Shown: piece by piece, positions 1 to 10,981 of the stretch
Layout: the number at the start of each line of letters is the position of its first letter
How positions within the stretch are numbered: the stretch's first letter is position 1
DNA from: Burkholderiales bacterium
GTDB taxonomy: Bacteria > Pseudomonadota > Gammaproteobacteria > Burkholderiales > Eutrophovitaceae
DNA length: 64,000 nt
Reading direction: 5' to 3'
NCBI GenBank assembly: GCA_030834275.1
Contig: JAURFP010000003.1
Span: 1,390-65,389, forward strand
The notes under the pieces: generated by a model
The model's input: the letters and a program-made list of their open reading frames with translations, nothing else
Databases searched by the model: none
Told to the model about the DNA's origin: nothing
Program-made: the position numbers and the translations under genes

Positions 1-302
1 GGACGACATTCGCGGTATTTTTCCTCGCTGAATACGCCAATATGATCCTGATCGCCACGCTGGCGTCGCTGATGTTTCTTGGCGGGTGGTTATCGCCGAT
101 TCCGGGAATACCAGATGGTTTTGTATGGCTCGCTGCAAAAGTGACCATTATGTTGTTCTTCTTTTTGTGGTTTAGGGCAACGTTTCCCCGATATCGCTAT
201 GACCAAATTATGCGCTTAGGGTGGAAGGTTTTTATCCCGGTGACGATCGTATGGTTGGTGTTGATAGGGATATTAATGAGAACGCCTTGGTGGCCCTGGT
301 AA
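1..302 (+). CDS. nuoH: NADH-quinone oxidoreductase subunit H, C-terminal fragment (gene starts upstream of window)
   Basis: The frame is open from base 3. The translation [29 protein letters not shown]... matches the conserved NuoH/ND1 C-terminus, and nuoI-N follow in canonical order. Confidence 0.9.
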   Translation, partial: TTFAVFFLAEYANMILIATLASLMFLGGWLSPIPGIPDGFVWLAAKVTIMLFFFLWFRATFPRYRYDQIMRLGWKVFIPVTIVWLVLIGILMRTPWWPW

Positions 303-322
303 GTTATGAGGAATTTTAAATA

Positions 323-814
323 ATGTTGGGATTATTGCGAGACGTATCCAAAACCTTTCTCCTCACAGAGTTGAGGAAGGGTTTGATGTTGACGCTGAAA
401 TATTTCTTCGCCCCGAAAATTACGGTTCAATTCCCTGAGGAAAAGACGCCGCAGAGTTCGCGTTTTCGTGGGCTTCACGCGTTACGGCGTTATCCAAATG
501 GCGAGGAGCGGTGTATCGCATGTAAATTATGTGAGGCAGTTTGCCCGGCACTTGCAATCACGATTGAGTCTGAGGAGCGTGAGGATGGTACTCGGCGTAC
601 GTCGCGTTATGACATAGATCTCACCAAGTGTATTTTCTGTGGTTTTTGTGAAGAGTCTTGTCCAGTTGACTCCATTGTTGAGACAAGAGTGTTCGAATAC
701 CACGGGGAACAACGTGGAGATTTGGTGTACACGAAAGAAATGTTATTGGCTATCGGAGATCGATATGAGGATCAGATCGCAAGGGACAGAGCAGAGGATG
801 CGACATATCGTTGA
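323..814 (+). CDS. nuoI: NADH-quinone oxidoreductase subunit I (2x[4Fe-4S] ferredoxin-type)
   Basis: 163 aa with two CxxCxxCxxxCP motifs ([12 protein letters not shown] and [12 protein letters not shown]). Its position lies between nuoH and nuoJ. Confidence 0.97.
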   Translation: MLGLLRDVSKTFLLTELRKGLMLTLKYFFAPKITVQFPEEKTPQSSRFRGLHALRRYPNGEERCIACKLCEAVCPALAITIESEEREDGTRRTSRYDIDLTKCIFCGFCEESCPVDSIVETRVFEYHGEQRGDLVYTKEMLLAIGDRYEDQIARDRAEDATYR

Positions 815-865
815 TGCCTGCACAAATAATTGGCTATAGATATTGAATGAAATCTCAAAAATAGA

Positions 866-1483
866 ATGACTTACGAAACCGTAGTTTTTTATGTACTGGC
901 AGCGATAATAGTCGGCAGCGGCTTAGCAGTGATTTTCTCTAGAAATGCCGTTCATGCAGCGCTCGCACTGGTGCTTTCATTTTTTACGGCTTCCGGTATT
1001 TGGTTGTTGTTGGGCGCGGAGTTCTTGGCAGTTTCCCTGATCCTGGTGTATGTCGGCGCGGTAATGGTCTTGTTCCTGTTTGTTGTGATGATGCTGGACA
1101 TTAACATTGCGCGGATGAAGGAGGGTTACTGGAATTACTTGCTGCCGGGGCTTGTGGTTGCGGGCATTCTTCTTGCTGAGATGATCTTAGTGCTTGGCGG
1201 GCGTCATTTTGGCTCAGACGGGGCGATCACGTTCGGGCTTAATATCGGTGAGAGTAATACTCGATCACTTGGACGTTTACTCTACACTCAATACATTTAC
1301 GCATTTGAAATTGCGGCTGTCATTTTACTCGTTGCGATCGTGGCTGCTATCGGACTCACCATGCGTAAGAGAAAAGATAACAAGTATGTTGACCCGAGCG
1401 TCCAGTTTTTGGCAAAGAAAGAAGATAGGGTGCGGTTGGTGTCGATGCCACCGGAGCCGAAGAAGGCACGAGGAGACGTGTAA
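866..1483 (+). CDS. nuoJ: NADH-quinone oxidoreductase subunit J
   Basis: 205-aa polytopic membrane protein in the nuoJ position. Its stop overlaps the nuoK start (TAATG at 1481-1485). Confidence 0.9.
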   Translation: MTYETVVFYVLAAIIVGSGLAVIFSRNAVHAALALVLSFFTASGIWLLLGAEFLAVSLILVYVGAVMVLFLFVVMMLDINIARMKEGYWNYLLPGLVVAGILLAEMILVLGGRHFGSDGAITFGLNIGESNTRSLGRLLYTQYIYAFEIAAVILLVAIVAAIGLTMRKRKDNKYVDPSVQFLAKKEDRVRLVSMPPEPKKARGDV

Positions 1484-1788
1484 TGATCGGACTCTCCCAT
1501 TTTTTGATTTTGGCAGCCGTGTTGTTTGCGATTAGTGTTGCAGGCATTTTTCTTAACAGAAAGAACATCATCATCATTTTGATGTCGATCGAACTGATGT
1601 TACTGGCAGTGAATATAAATTTTGTGGCGTTCTCACATTTTCTTCAAAACCTAGATGGTCAAATATTTGTATTCTTTATTCTGACCGTAGCTGCTGCGGA
1701 ATCTGCGATTGGCTTGGCAATCCTTGTTTGCCTCTTTAGAAACCTTCGTTCAATCAATGTCGATGATGTCGGCCAACTCAGAGGGTAG
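1483..1788 (+). CDS. nuoK: NADH-quinone oxidoreductase subunit K
   Basis: 101 aa with three TM helices and the typical NuoK/ND4L sequence ([33 protein letters not shown]). Confidence 0.93.
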   Translation: MIGLSHFLILAAVLFAISVAGIFLNRKNIIIILMSIELMLLAVNINFVAFSHFLQNLDGQIFVFFILTVAAAESAIGLAILVCLFRNLRSINVDDVGQLRG

Positions 1789-1800
1789 ACGGGCAAGATC

Positions 1801-3753
1801 ATGATGAAGTTTTACATATTGTCAGCTTTCTCACCTTTAATTGGCGCAATTATTGCCGGCCTTTTTGGCAAGGTGGTTGGTAGAAGAGGGGCTCACGCCG
1901 TCACTATCATCGGAGTACTAGTTGCCTTCTTGTCATCGCTCTATGTGTTTTCGGATGTATTAAACGGGAATTCCTTTGACGGGACGTTGTATACCTGGTC
2001 AGCTGTTGGTGAGACCGTATTTGAGGTCGGATTCCTCATTGATGAGCTCTCAGCTTTAATGATGTTGGTAGTGACTGGTGTCTCGCTGATGGTTCACATC
2101 TATACCATCGGTTACATGGCGGATGACCCGGGATATCAAAGATTCTTTAGTTATATCTCGCTTTTTACGTTCTCCATGATGATGTTGGTCATGAGCAATA
2201 ATTTTCTCCAGCTCTTTTTTGGGTGGGAGGCGGTTGGTCTTGTCTCTTATTTGCTCATAGGGTTTTGGTTTAAAAAGCCTACAGCGATCTATGCGAACTT
2301 AAAGGCGTTTTTGGTAAACCGAGTTGGAGATTTTGGTTTTCTTCTTGGAATTGCTCTCATCCTGGCATTCACTGGGACGCTCAACTACGGCGAGGTTTTT
2401 AACCAATCATCCGAGCTGGCATCGCGATCAATTTTTCAGATATCTGGGTTGGAGTGGTCGCTTATAACTGTTGTTTGTATATGTCTATTTGTTGGAGCAA
2501 TGGGGAAGTCGGCTCAGTTCCCGCTTCACGTATGGCTTCCTGATTCCATGGAAGGTCCTACGCCTATTTCAGCTTTAATCCATGCGGCGACGATGGTAAC
2601 TGCTGGAATCTTTATGGTGGCCAGAATGTCACCTTTATTTGAGTTAAGCGAGGTAGCGCTTTCATTCGTTATGGTCATTGGTGCCATTACCGCGTTATTT
2701 ATGGGGTTACTCGGTTTGGTTCAGAACGACATCAAGCGAGTTGTAGCTTACTCGACCCTATCTCAATTGGGGTATATGACGGTAGCATTGGGGGCGTCCG
2801 CTTATTCAGCCGCGATCTTTCACTTGATGACACACGCTTTTTTCAAGGCGCTTTTGTTTTTGGCGGCAGGCTCGGTGATCATTGGAATGCATCACGAGCA
2901 GGATATGCGTTACATGGGGGGTTTAAGAAAGGCGATGCCAATTACCTGGATTGTCTCGCTGATCGGCTCTCTTGCTTTAATCGGATTTCCATTCTTGTCC
3001 GGCTTTTATTCGAAGGACAGTATTATCGAGGCCGTACACCTATCGGCTCTGCCGGGATCTAGTTTTGCTTACTTTGCGGTGACTGCTGGCGTGTTTATAA
3101 CTGCGCTTTATTCTTTCCGAATGTATTTTTTGGTATTCGAGGGAAAGTTTCGAGGTAATACTGCACACGGACATTCGCATGAACCCCACGAGTCTCCCTT
3201 TGTGGTTTGGGGGCCACTTGTTATTCTGGCGATCTTCTCGGTGATCTCGGGGGCGATCGCGATTCAGCCAATTTTATTTGGTGATTTTTTTGAAGACGTA
3301 ATTTTCGTACTTCCGCAACATGATGTCTTGGGTGTTCTTTCCGAGGAATTCCATGGCTGGATCGCAATGGCAGTTCACGGTGTTCAAACACTTCCATTCT
3401 GGTTAGCGATGTTTGGAATTTTGGTAGCTTGGTATCTATTTTTGTTCAGGCCGAGAGCTGAAGCAAGTTCTGGGGTGCTGCGAGTTGTTCACAAAATCCT
3501 CGAAGAAAAATATTTTTTGGATCGATTCAATGAATGGTTTTTTGCGGGGGGAGTTCGATCCATCGGGCAGATTCTTTGGAAATTTGGTGATGCGCGATTA
3601 ATCGACGGGATATTTGTCAACGGGTCGGCTGCGTTAGTGAATCGTATTAGCCATGTTGTTCGCCTGTTCCAAAGCGGATACGTTTACCACTACGCCTTCG
3701 TCATGATTCTTGGAGTTTTTGGACTCGTGAGTTTATGGCTGTTCATAATTTAA
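1801..3753 (+). CDS. nuoL: NADH-quinone oxidoreductase subunit L
   Basis: 650-aa antiporter-like subunit with conserved blocks FFGWEAVGLVSYLLIGFW, GKSAQFPLHVWLPDSMEGPTPISALIHAATMV and the long C-terminal extension typical of NuoL. Confidence 0.95.
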   Translation: MMKFYILSAFSPLIGAIIAGLFGKVVGRRGAHAVTIIGVLVAFLSSLYVFSDVLNGNSFDGTLYTWSAVGETVFEVGFLIDELSALMMLVVTGVSLMVHIYTIGYMADDPGYQRFFSYISLFTFSMMMLVMSNNFLQLFFGWEAVGLVSYLLIGFWFKKPTAIYANLKAFLVNRVGDFGFLLGIALILAFTGTLNYGEVFNQSSELASRSIFQISGLEWSLITVVCICLFVGAMGKSAQFPLHVWLPDSMEGPTPISALIHAATMVTAGIFMVARMSPLFELSEVALSFVMVIGAITALFMGLLGLVQNDIKRVVAYSTLSQLGYMTVALGASAYSAAIFHLMTHAFFKALLFLAAGSVIIGMHHEQDMRYMGGLRKAMPITWIVSLIGSLALIGFPFLSGFYSKDSIIEAVHLSALPGSSFAYFAVTAGVFITALYSFRMYFLVFEGKFRGNTAHGHSHEPHESPFVVWGPLVILAIFSVISGAIAIQPILFGDFFEDVIFVLPQHDVLGVLSEEFHGWIAMAVHGVQTLPFWLAMFGILVAWYLFLFRPRAEASSGVLRVVHKILEEKYFLDRFNEWFFAGGVRSIGQILWKFGDARLIDGIFVNGSAALVNRISHVVRLFQSGYVYHYAFVMILGVFGLVSLWLFII

Positions 3754-3769
3754 ATGTTCACGTGAAGAC

Positions 3770-5251
3770 ATGATGGAATATACGTCCCTCTCACTTGTAA
3801 TTTGGCTCCCCGTTGTGTTTGGGGTGAGCTTGTTGATTTTAGGTAAGCACGTTGCAGCGGGAACGATTCGTGTGCTTGCGCTCGTCGGCGCGATGCTTGG
3901 TCTGTTTGTCGCACTTCCCTTATGGGTGAATTTCGATAATCTCCAGCCTGGGTTCCAGTTCGCTGAATATCATCCATGGATCGATGCTTTTAGTATTAAC
4001 TATCATCTTGGTATCGATGGCATATCACTGCTGCTCATTTTATTGAATTGCGTGACCACTCTGATTGTGGTGATAGCGGGATGGGAGGTGATACGTGATC
4101 GGGTTCCGCAGTACTTCGCCTCGTTCCTAATTCTCTCTGGGATTATGAATGGTGTATTTTGCGCGCTCGACGTTGCATTGTTCTATGTATTTTTCGAGGC
4201 GACGTTGATTCCCATGTTCATAATTGTCGGTGTATGGGGTGGACCCAACCGAGTTTACGCTGCCGTAAAGTTTTTTCTTTATACGCTTGCTGGTTCTTTG
4301 TTAACGCTCGTCGCGATCATATATCTCTACCAAGTTAGTGGTGGAAGTTTCTCGCTTGCTCAATTCTATGAAACCCCGATTCGTTACGATGCTCAGGTTT
4401 TAATTTTCTTAGCTTTTTTTGCGGCGTTCGCTGTCAAGATCCCGATGTGGCCAGTTCACACTTGGCTGCCTGACGCACACGTAGAAGCGCCCACTGGCGG
4501 TTCTGTAGTATTGGCAGCAGTGATGTTGAAGCTCGGTGGATATGGGTTCATTCGATTAGCGTTACCTATCGTGCCGGATGCTGCGAGAGAACTCGCGCCG
4601 TGGATCATCGCACTTTCTCTGATTGCAGTCGTGTACATTGGGTTCGTAGCGCTTGTCCAGAAGGACATGAAGAAGCTCATCGCGTATTCATCTATCTCAC
4701 ATATGGGTTTTGTTACGCTCGGGATATTCATTTTTAATGTTCAGGGTATGCAGGGAGCGATCATCCAAATGATCTCTCATGGTTTTATCTCGGGAGCCCT
4801 ATTTTTGTGCGTAGGGATACTCTATGACCGACTGCACTCAAGGCAAATTGCGGACTATGGTGGCGTCGTGAATAGAATGCCGATATTCGCCTCTTTCTTC
4901 TTGTTGTTTGCAATGGCTAACAGCGGACTTCCGGGAACGAGCGGATTTGTTGGGGAGTTTCTTGTAATTATGGGTGCTGCAGAAGTGAATATTTGGTTCG
5001 CAGTCGCTGCCGCAACCACTTTAATATTGGGTGCTAGCTATACATTGTGGATGTATAAGCGTGTGGTTTTCGGAGAGGTAGGTAACGATAAAGTAGCAAA
5101 ACTATCAGACGTTAATGCTAGAGAGACTTTGCTACTAATTGGGTTGGCTGCGGCGGTGTTATGGATGGGTGTTTATCCGAAGCCGTTTACTGATGTGCTT
5201 ACCCAAGCGGTGATTACATCACTGGATTGGGCGTCGCAAACGAAAATTTAA
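3770..5251 (+). CDS. nuoM: NADH-quinone oxidoreductase subunit M
   Basis: 493-aa antiporter-like subunit (KIPMWPVHTWLPDAHVEAPTGGSVVLAAVMLKLGGYG) in the operon position between nuoL and nuoN. Confidence 0.95.
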   Translation: MMEYTSLSLVIWLPVVFGVSLLILGKHVAAGTIRVLALVGAMLGLFVALPLWVNFDNLQPGFQFAEYHPWIDAFSINYHLGIDGISLLLILLNCVTTLIVVIAGWEVIRDRVPQYFASFLILSGIMNGVFCALDVALFYVFFEATLIPMFIIVGVWGGPNRVYAAVKFFLYTLAGSLLTLVAIIYLYQVSGGSFSLAQFYETPIRYDAQVLIFLAFFAAFAVKIPMWPVHTWLPDAHVEAPTGGSVVLAAVMLKLGGYGFIRLALPIVPDAARELAPWIIALSLIAVVYIGFVALVQKDMKKLIAYSSISHMGFVTLGIFIFNVQGMQGAIIQMISHGFISGALFLCVGILYDRLHSRQIADYGGVVNRMPIFASFFLLFAMANSGLPGTSGFVGEFLVIMGAAEVNIWFAVAAATTLILGASYTLWMYKRVVFGEVGNDKVAKLSDVNARETLLLIGLAAAVLWMGVYPKPFTDVLTQAVITSLDWASQTKI

Positions 5252-5286
5252 AATGATTCGTAACGGTTGATCAAACAGGTATTCCG

Positions 5287-6750
5287 ATGGTTTCTTTTTA
5301 TTCTCAATTTCAGCTAATTCTTCCTGAAATATTTTTATTAACGGCCGTTAGTGCAATTCTTGTAATTGATTTGTTTCTTCCAGCCGCAAAACGGATGGCG
5401 ACATATTGGCTGACCCAAGGAGCGTTACTAGTCACGGCAGTATTAGTTTTCTTGGTGACGTCTACATCCGCTGGATCGGTAGTTGTGTTCGATGGGTTAG
5501 TCGTAATTGATGAATTGAGCGGCCTCTTGAAAATTCTCATTTGTATATTGCTAAGCGTTGGAATCTCATACTCTCGAGACTACTTGGCTCACAGAGATAT
5601 TTTTAAAGGGGAATATTTTTCCCTCGCGCTTTTCGCGGCACTTGGAATGTTGGTAATGGTTTCTGCCAACCATTTGCTGACGCTCTACCTAGGACTTGAA
5701 CTGCTGAGTTTAAGTTTGTACGCGTTGGTCGCTTTTAATCGCGATTCGAAAGACAGCTCCGAAGCAGCGATAAAATACTTTGTCTTAGGGGCAATTGCGT
5801 CCGGAATGCTCTTGTATGGCATGTCTATGATCTATGGTTCGACTGGGCAGTTGAACATTGAGCAGATCGTCAATGCAATCTCTGCTGGTAATGCAGATAT
5901 GGATCTACTGCGATTTGGTCTTGTGTTTGTTGTGGTTGGCGTTGGCTTCAAACTCGGTGCCGTACCATTTCATATGTGGGTGCCAGATGTGTATCAAGGT
6001 GCACCGACCTCTGTTACTTTGATAATAGGTTCAGCGCCTAAACTCGCGGCCTTCGCATTTGTTGTGAGATTACTTTTTGAGACTTTGGGAGCAGCTACGC
6101 TCCAACTTGACTGGTCTCCAATGTTGGCTATTTTGGCGGCAGCTTCATTAATCTTGGGAAACTTGGTGGCGATTGCTCAAACCAACTTAAAAAGAATGTT
6201 GGCGTATTCAACAATCTCGCATATGGGGTTCCTCGTGCTCGGGTTTATGACTGGGACTCAGCAAGGAGTGTCGGCTGCGCTATTCTATGTTGTCACCTAT
6301 GCGCTCATGGTTGTCGCTGGTTTTGGCTTGATGTTACTGCTCTCTAAGCGTGGTTTTGAGTCTGACCGTCTGGAGGATTTCAGGGGGTTGAGCCGTACAC
6401 ATCCATGGTTTGCATTCCTCTTCTTACTTATTATGTTTTCCATGGCGGGGATTCCGCCGATGGTGGGGTTTTGGGCAAAACTATTTATATTGCAAAGTAT
6501 CATTGAACAAGGGTTTGTCGGGCTAGCGCTTCTTGCGGTCGTTTTTTCACTCATCGGTGCGTTTTACTATTTAAGAGTGATCAAGCTGATGTACTTTGAC
6601 GAGCCGTCTGCGTCAACTGTTGCTGAGCAACGAACAGGAAGCCTTGTCATGTCGGTTAACGGCCTTCTTTTGCTCGCTTTAGGGTTGGCTCCGAGTTGGC
6701 TTTATAGCTTGTGTGAAGAGGTTATTAAGAGTTCGGTTCGGTTGTTCTAA
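5287..6750 (+). CDS. nuoN: NADH-quinone oxidoreductase subunit N
   Basis: 487-aa antiporter-like subunit (KLGAVPFHMWVPDVYQGAPTSVT, LAYSTISHMGF) and the last gene of the nuo order. Confidence 0.93.
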   Translation: MVSFYSQFQLILPEIFLLTAVSAILVIDLFLPAAKRMATYWLTQGALLVTAVLVFLVTSTSAGSVVVFDGLVVIDELSGLLKILICILLSVGISYSRDYLAHRDIFKGEYFSLALFAALGMLVMVSANHLLTLYLGLELLSLSLYALVAFNRDSKDSSEAAIKYFVLGAIASGMLLYGMSMIYGSTGQLNIEQIVNAISAGNADMDLLRFGLVFVVVGVGFKLGAVPFHMWVPDVYQGAPTSVTLIIGSAPKLAAFAFVVRLLFETLGAATLQLDWSPMLAILAAASLILGNLVAIAQTNLKRMLAYSTISHMGFLVLGFMTGTQQGVSAALFYVVTYALMVVAGFGLMLLLSKRGFESDRLEDFRGLSRTHPWFAFLFLLIMFSMAGIPPMVGFWAKLFILQSIIEQGFVGLALLAVVFSLIGAFYYLRVIKLMYFDEPSASTVAEQRTGSLVMSVNGLLLLALGLAPSWLYSLCEEVIKSSVRLF

Positions 6751-7286
6751 TGCCACAGGATTTTACTGAGAAAAAAATCCAATCGAAATTAGTGTACCAA
6801 GGACGTCTCCTTAGAGTAGAGGAGGACGTCGTGCTGCTACCCGATGGGAACGAGAGCCGTAGAGAGTATGTTAGGCATCCGGGTGCATCGATGATTATTC
6901 CTTTATTCGACGATGATACTGTTTTGCTGGAGAGGCAATATCGGTACCCGGTGGGTAAGCATTTAATCGAGTTCCCAGCAGGGAAGCTGGATAGCAAGGA
7001 GAGTCCTCTCGAAGCGGCGCAGCGCGAATTGCTTGAAGAGACTGGATACGTGGCCGATAGCTGGATGGAGCTTGGGTCATTCTTACTTGCTGTCGGTTAC
7101 TCGGACGAGCGTATCTACTGTTTTTTGGCTCGGGATTTGAAGTACCGTAAGCCGAATCTGGACCAAGGGGAATTTTTAGAGACGATCAGAGTTCCGAAAC
7201 AGGAGTTATTCGATTGGATTGAGAACGGAACCCTCGAGGATTCAAAAACTATCATTGGGGCGAGCTGGCTGAAGTCCAAAATCTAG
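6750..7286 (+). CDS. NUDIX hydrolase (ADP-ribose pyrophosphatase-like)
   Basis: 178 aa with the Nudix box GKLDSKESPLEAAQRELLEETGY (Gx5Ex7REUxEExGU). Its ATG overlaps the nuoN stop (TAATG). Confidence 0.85.
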   Translation: MPQDFTEKKIQSKLVYQGRLLRVEEDVVLLPDGNESRREYVRHPGASMIIPLFDDDTVLLERQYRYPVGKHLIEFPAGKLDSKESPLEAAQRELLEETGYVADSWMELGSFLLAVGYSDERIYCFLARDLKYRKPNLDQGEFLETIRVPKQELFDWIENGTLEDSKTIIGASWLKSKI

Positions 7287-7328
7287 AGCATCAAATTCAT
7301 CAGAGTTTTTAAAATTTGGATGATGTTG

Positions 7329-7358
7329 CTTGAAATTCCTCTGGTAGGACCCATATTA
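7329..7358 (+). promoter_or_regulatory. sigma-32 (heat-shock) type promoter upstream of htpG
   Basis: CTTGAAA (7329-7335), a 14-nt spacer, then CCCATATT (7350-7357), compared with the consensus CTTGAAA-N13-15-CCCCATnT. It lies about 40 nt upstream of the htpG ATG. Confidence 0.55.
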
Positions 7359-7396
7359 CGCAAGATTATGTAGAAATAAAAAGGACTTGATTTGTT

Positions 7397-9307
7397 ATGG
7401 TAGACGACACATCTAAAGAAACCCTGGGATTTCAAACTGAGGTTAGTCAACTTCTAAAGTTAATGATCCATTCTCTTTATTCAAACAAAGAGATATTTCT
7501 TAGGGAGCTGATTTCCAACGCATCGGATGCGTGTGACAAGCTCCGTTTTGAGGCGCTTGCTAGCCCAGACCTTATGGAAGGCGATGCGGATCTTAAGATT
7601 CATATAGATTTTGACCGTGATAAACGCACCGTGACAATTTCCGATAACGGTATTGGGATGTCGCGCGACGAGGTGATCAATAACATTGGCACTATCGCCA
7701 AGTCTGGTACCAAAGAGTTTTTCTCTAAATTAACCGGTGATCAGGCAAAAGACGCCACTCTCATTGGGCAGTTTGGGGTTGGTTTCTATTCCTCTTTTAT
7801 CGTTGCTGACCGGGTTACTCTTGAGTCCAGAAGAGCTGGTGCAACAGAGAATGAGGGAGTGCGTTGGGAGTCTAAAGGAGAAGGAGACTACACGATAGAG
7901 ACGTCTAAGAAGACTTCTCGTGGAACTGAAATCACTTTGCATTTGAGAGAGGATCAGAATGAGTTGCTGGACGGATATCGCCTGAAGTCAATCGCACAGA
8001 GATACTCAGATCATATCAATCTCCCAATATTCATGGTGAAAGAGGAATGGGATGAAGAAAAAAAAGCTCAGGTTAAGAAAGATGAAAACGAGCAGATCAA
8101 TCAAGCATCAGCGATTTGGTCTCGTCCAAAATCTGAGGTAACAGATGAACAATATAAAGAGTTTTATAAGCACGTATCTCATGACTTTGAAGACCCGTTG
8201 GCGTGGGCACATGCGAGAGTAGAGGGAAAGAGCGAGTATTCTCAATTGCTCTACATCCCGAAAAAAGCGCCATTTGACTTATGGGATAGAGAGCATCGAC
8301 ATGGCCTGAAGTTATATGTTCGCCGTGTCTTTATCATGGATGATGCGGAACAATTACTACCGGCATATTTACGATTTGTGAAGGGGGTAGTGGATTCCAG
8401 TGATCTACCGCTGAACGTTTCCCGAGAAATTCTCCAAGAATCAAGAGATGTTGAGACGATTAAAAAAGGATGTGTTAACCGCGTGCTTAGTTTAATCGAA
8501 GACATGATTGCGAACGACTCTGACAAATTTAAAACATTTTGGGGGCAATTTGGTCGTGTATTGAAAGAAGGTGTTGGAGAAGACTGGAGTAACAAAGAGC
8601 GTATTTCAAAATTACTCAGATTTTCTTCAACAAAATTTGATTCTGAAGAACAAAGCGTTTCGCTGGCTGATTACGTGGGTCGAATGCAAGAGGGTCAGGA
8701 TAAGATTTATTACGTGACTGCGGATACTCTGCAGGCTGCTAAATCTAGCCCTCACTTGGAAATCTTTAAGAGAAAAGAGGTAGAAGTTTTACTTCTTGCT
8801 GATCGCGTTGATGAGTGGGTTGTTTCTAATCTTCCGGAGTTTGATGGCAAGCAGCTCACATCAGTCGCAAAGGGTGCTCTCGACCTTGATGGAGTCGGTG
8901 CGGCTACCGATAAAGAGAAACCCGCAGACAAAAAAGATCACGAAGATCTCATCGGTCGGGTATCAGAGGTCTTGAAGGAGAAGATCAAGGAGGTGAGGGC
9001 ATCTAATCGACTAGTCGACTCACCGGCTTGTTTGGTATCTGATGAGAATGAAATGAGCTCGAACCTAGCAAGGATGCTAAAAGCAGCTGGCCAGCCAGTG
9101 CCAGAGACGAAACCCATTTTAGAGATTAATTTAGATCACCCAATTATTATGAAATTAGCGGGGGAACCAGAAGGTGACCGATTTGTAGATTGGAGCCACA
9201 TCATATTTGATCAGGCAACACTCGCTGATGGTGGAACGTTAGAGGACCCCTCATCTTTTGTTGCTAAACTGAATCGACTGATGCTGGCGCTAGCGAGCAG
9301 CGCTTGA
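7397..9307 (+). CDS. htpG: molecular chaperone HtpG (Hsp90)
   Basis: 636 aa with the GHKL ATPase N-terminus ([53 protein letters not shown]). Confidence 0.97.
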   Translation: MVDDTSKETLGFQTEVSQLLKLMIHSLYSNKEIFLRELISNASDACDKLRFEALASPDLMEGDADLKIHIDFDRDKRTVTISDNGIGMSRDEVINNIGTIAKSGTKEFFSKLTGDQAKDATLIGQFGVGFYSSFIVADRVTLESRRAGATENEGVRWESKGEGDYTIETSKKTSRGTEITLHLREDQNELLDGYRLKSIAQRYSDHINLPIFMVKEEWDEEKKAQVKKDENEQINQASAIWSRPKSEVTDEQYKEFYKHVSHDFEDPLAWAHARVEGKSEYSQLLYIPKKAPFDLWDREHRHGLKLYVRRVFIMDDAEQLLPAYLRFVKGVVDSSDLPLNVSREILQESRDVETIKKGCVNRVLSLIEDMIANDSDKFKTFWGQFGRVLKEGVGEDWSNKERISKLLRFSSTKFDSEEQSVSLADYVGRMQEGQDKIYYVTADTLQAAKSSPHLEIFKRKEVEVLLLADRVDEWVVSNLPEFDGKQLTSVAKGALDLDGVGAATDKEKPADKKDHEDLIGRVSEVLKEKIKEVRASNRLVDSPACLVSDENEMSSNLARMLKAAGQPVPETKPILEINLDHPIIMKLAGEPEGDRFVDWSHIIFDQATLADGGTLEDPSSFVAKLNRLMLALASSA

Positions 9308-9372
9308 TTCTTTGATTATCAAGCGATAAATTTCAGATTGATGGAGAGGTTAAATAGCTTAGGAATTTAAAT

Positions 9373-9930
9373 ATGCATTGGGTACCTAATATGATTACGT
9401 TAGGACGGCTCCTCATGGTGCCGTTCTTGGCAGTCATGCTCTCAAATGGAGAGTACTTAAATGCATTTTGGTTATTTATTCTCGTTGGCCTATCTGATGG
9501 ACTGGACGGGTATATTGCCCGTAAGTTCGATGCAAAATCAGCAGCAGGCGCTGTCTTAGATCCAGTCGCAGACAAGATGGTGTTGATAACTTGCGTATCG
9601 ATCCTTGCTTGGAATGGGCTTCTGCCGCTTTGGCTTGCCGGTCCATTAATTTTAAGAGATGTTGTCATGCTGGGAATTGGGCTGGTTGACCCTAGGCTGC
9701 GGGATGGTTGGCTCCCACCAAACATTTGGGGAAAGTCTCATGCGGCCCTTGCATTTTTTGTTCTTGCGCTCACCATGCTAAGGCCAGTAGGGTTTGTGAG
9801 TGGGGAGTTAATCGTCGTGGTACCTTGGTTGTTGCTTTTAGCCACGTTGATCGTTTCCTCTGGGATTTACTATATGTCTTGGAGAAGGCTAAGGGTCGAG
9901 CGAGCTCCTAAAGGTGCTTTACCATCTTGA
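9373..9930 (+). CDS. CDP-alcohol phosphatidyltransferase family protein (PgsA-like)
   Basis: 185-aa membrane protein with the motif DGLDGYIARKFDAKSAAGAVLDPVADK (DGx2ARx8Gx3Dx3D). Confidence 0.8.
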   Translation: MHWVPNMITLGRLLMVPFLAVMLSNGEYLNAFWLFILVGLSDGLDGYIARKFDAKSAAGAVLDPVADKMVLITCVSILAWNGLLPLWLAGPLILRDVVMLGIGLVDPRLRDGWLPPNIWGKSHAALAFFVLALTMLRPVGFVSGELIVVVPWLLLLATLIVSSGIYYMSWRRLRVERAPKGALPS

Positions 9931-10012
9931 ATAGAGGGTTCGGATGAACTCAACTCCGAATCGCTGAGGAATGATGTGTGCTGCGTCTTACTGATTGCAA
10001 ACTGAGTGTATG

Positions 10013-10822
10013 TTAACTGTGGGTCCAGCTTGGGTCACGTTTTTCAATAAAGGCATCAATACCCTCACTGACATCGTTTGCCATCATGTTACAGGCCATC
10101 ACTTCTGCTGAATATTTGTACGCGTCATCGATCCCCATCTCAATCTGGCGATAGAGCATCTTTTTCCCAGTTTCAACTGCCACGGCGGATTTCCGGATGA
10201 TAGCGTCAGCGATATTATGAATTTCTGAGTCGAGTGATCCTTCAGGTACTACTCGATTAACTAATCCTATTTCCTTCGCTGTTTCCGCACTTATGAATTC
10301 ACCGGTGAACAGCATCTCCGCAGCTTTTTTCCTCGGGACGTTCCGAGTAACAGCGACCGCTGGGGTAGAGCAGAAAAGTCCATAATTTATACCAGAAGTT
10401 CCAAACTTGGCATTATCAGATGCGACTGCGAGATCACACGTACCCACCAGTTGGCAGCCAGCTGCTGTGGCCATCCCGTGTACCCTCGCGATGACAGGCT
10501 GAGGAAGGCGAATAATACTCAGCATAAACTTGCTACAGGTTTCAAATAAGTTGTCGTAATACTCTTTGGAAGGTTTTGATCTCATTTGCTTTAAATCATG
10601 ACCCGCACAGAATGCGGGACCATTCCCAGAAATCACGACGACTCGTATCGATCGATTAGCTTTGATGTTTTCGAGATTTTCAATTAACGCGGCGAGAACT
10701 TCTTCTGAAAGGGCGTTGTAAGCCTTTGGGCGATTAAGGGTCAGGTGAGCAATACCATCTACGTCTCGACGTAGAACCACATTCTCGCTGACATTCGTAT
10801 TAACTGGATCGTGTGCGCCCAT
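10013..10822 (-). CDS. enoyl-CoA hydratase/isomerase (crotonase) family protein
   Basis: 269 aa with crotonase-fold blocks (LTLNRPKAYNALS, VVVISGNGPAFCAGHDLKQM, VHGMATAAGCQLV). Confidence 0.85.
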   Translation of the reverse strand: MGAHDPVNTNVSENVVLRRDVDGIAHLTLNRPKAYNALSEEVLAALIENLENIKANRSIRVVVISGNGPAFCAGHDLKQMRSKPSKEYYDNLFETCSKFMLSIIRLPQPVIARVHGMATAAGCQLVGTCDLAVASDNAKFGTSGINYGLFCSTPAVAVTRNVPRKKAAEMLFTGEFISAETAKEIGLVNRVVPEGSLDSEIHNIADAIIRKSAVAVETGKKMLYRQIEMGIDDAYKYSAEVMACNMMANDVSEGIDAFIEKRDPSWTHS

Positions 10823-10981
10823 TGGAAGCCTCCTCCGACAAGTTTATGTACGTGAGTATACGCCTAAATTAACCTTACTACTGTATAGGGGGGTATTGCG
10901 ATTCTGGCAAAAAAGGTAAACTTTCATAGAAAGGTCGGTAATAGTCTGAGATTTTGCGTTGGTTGATGACACTTTAAGGAT

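Noticed and set aside
10881-10896. LexA/SOS-box-like CTGTATAGGGGGGTAT in the divergent region upstream of the crotonase gene
   Set aside because: The second half-site (ACAG) is absent. Only the CTGT half matches.
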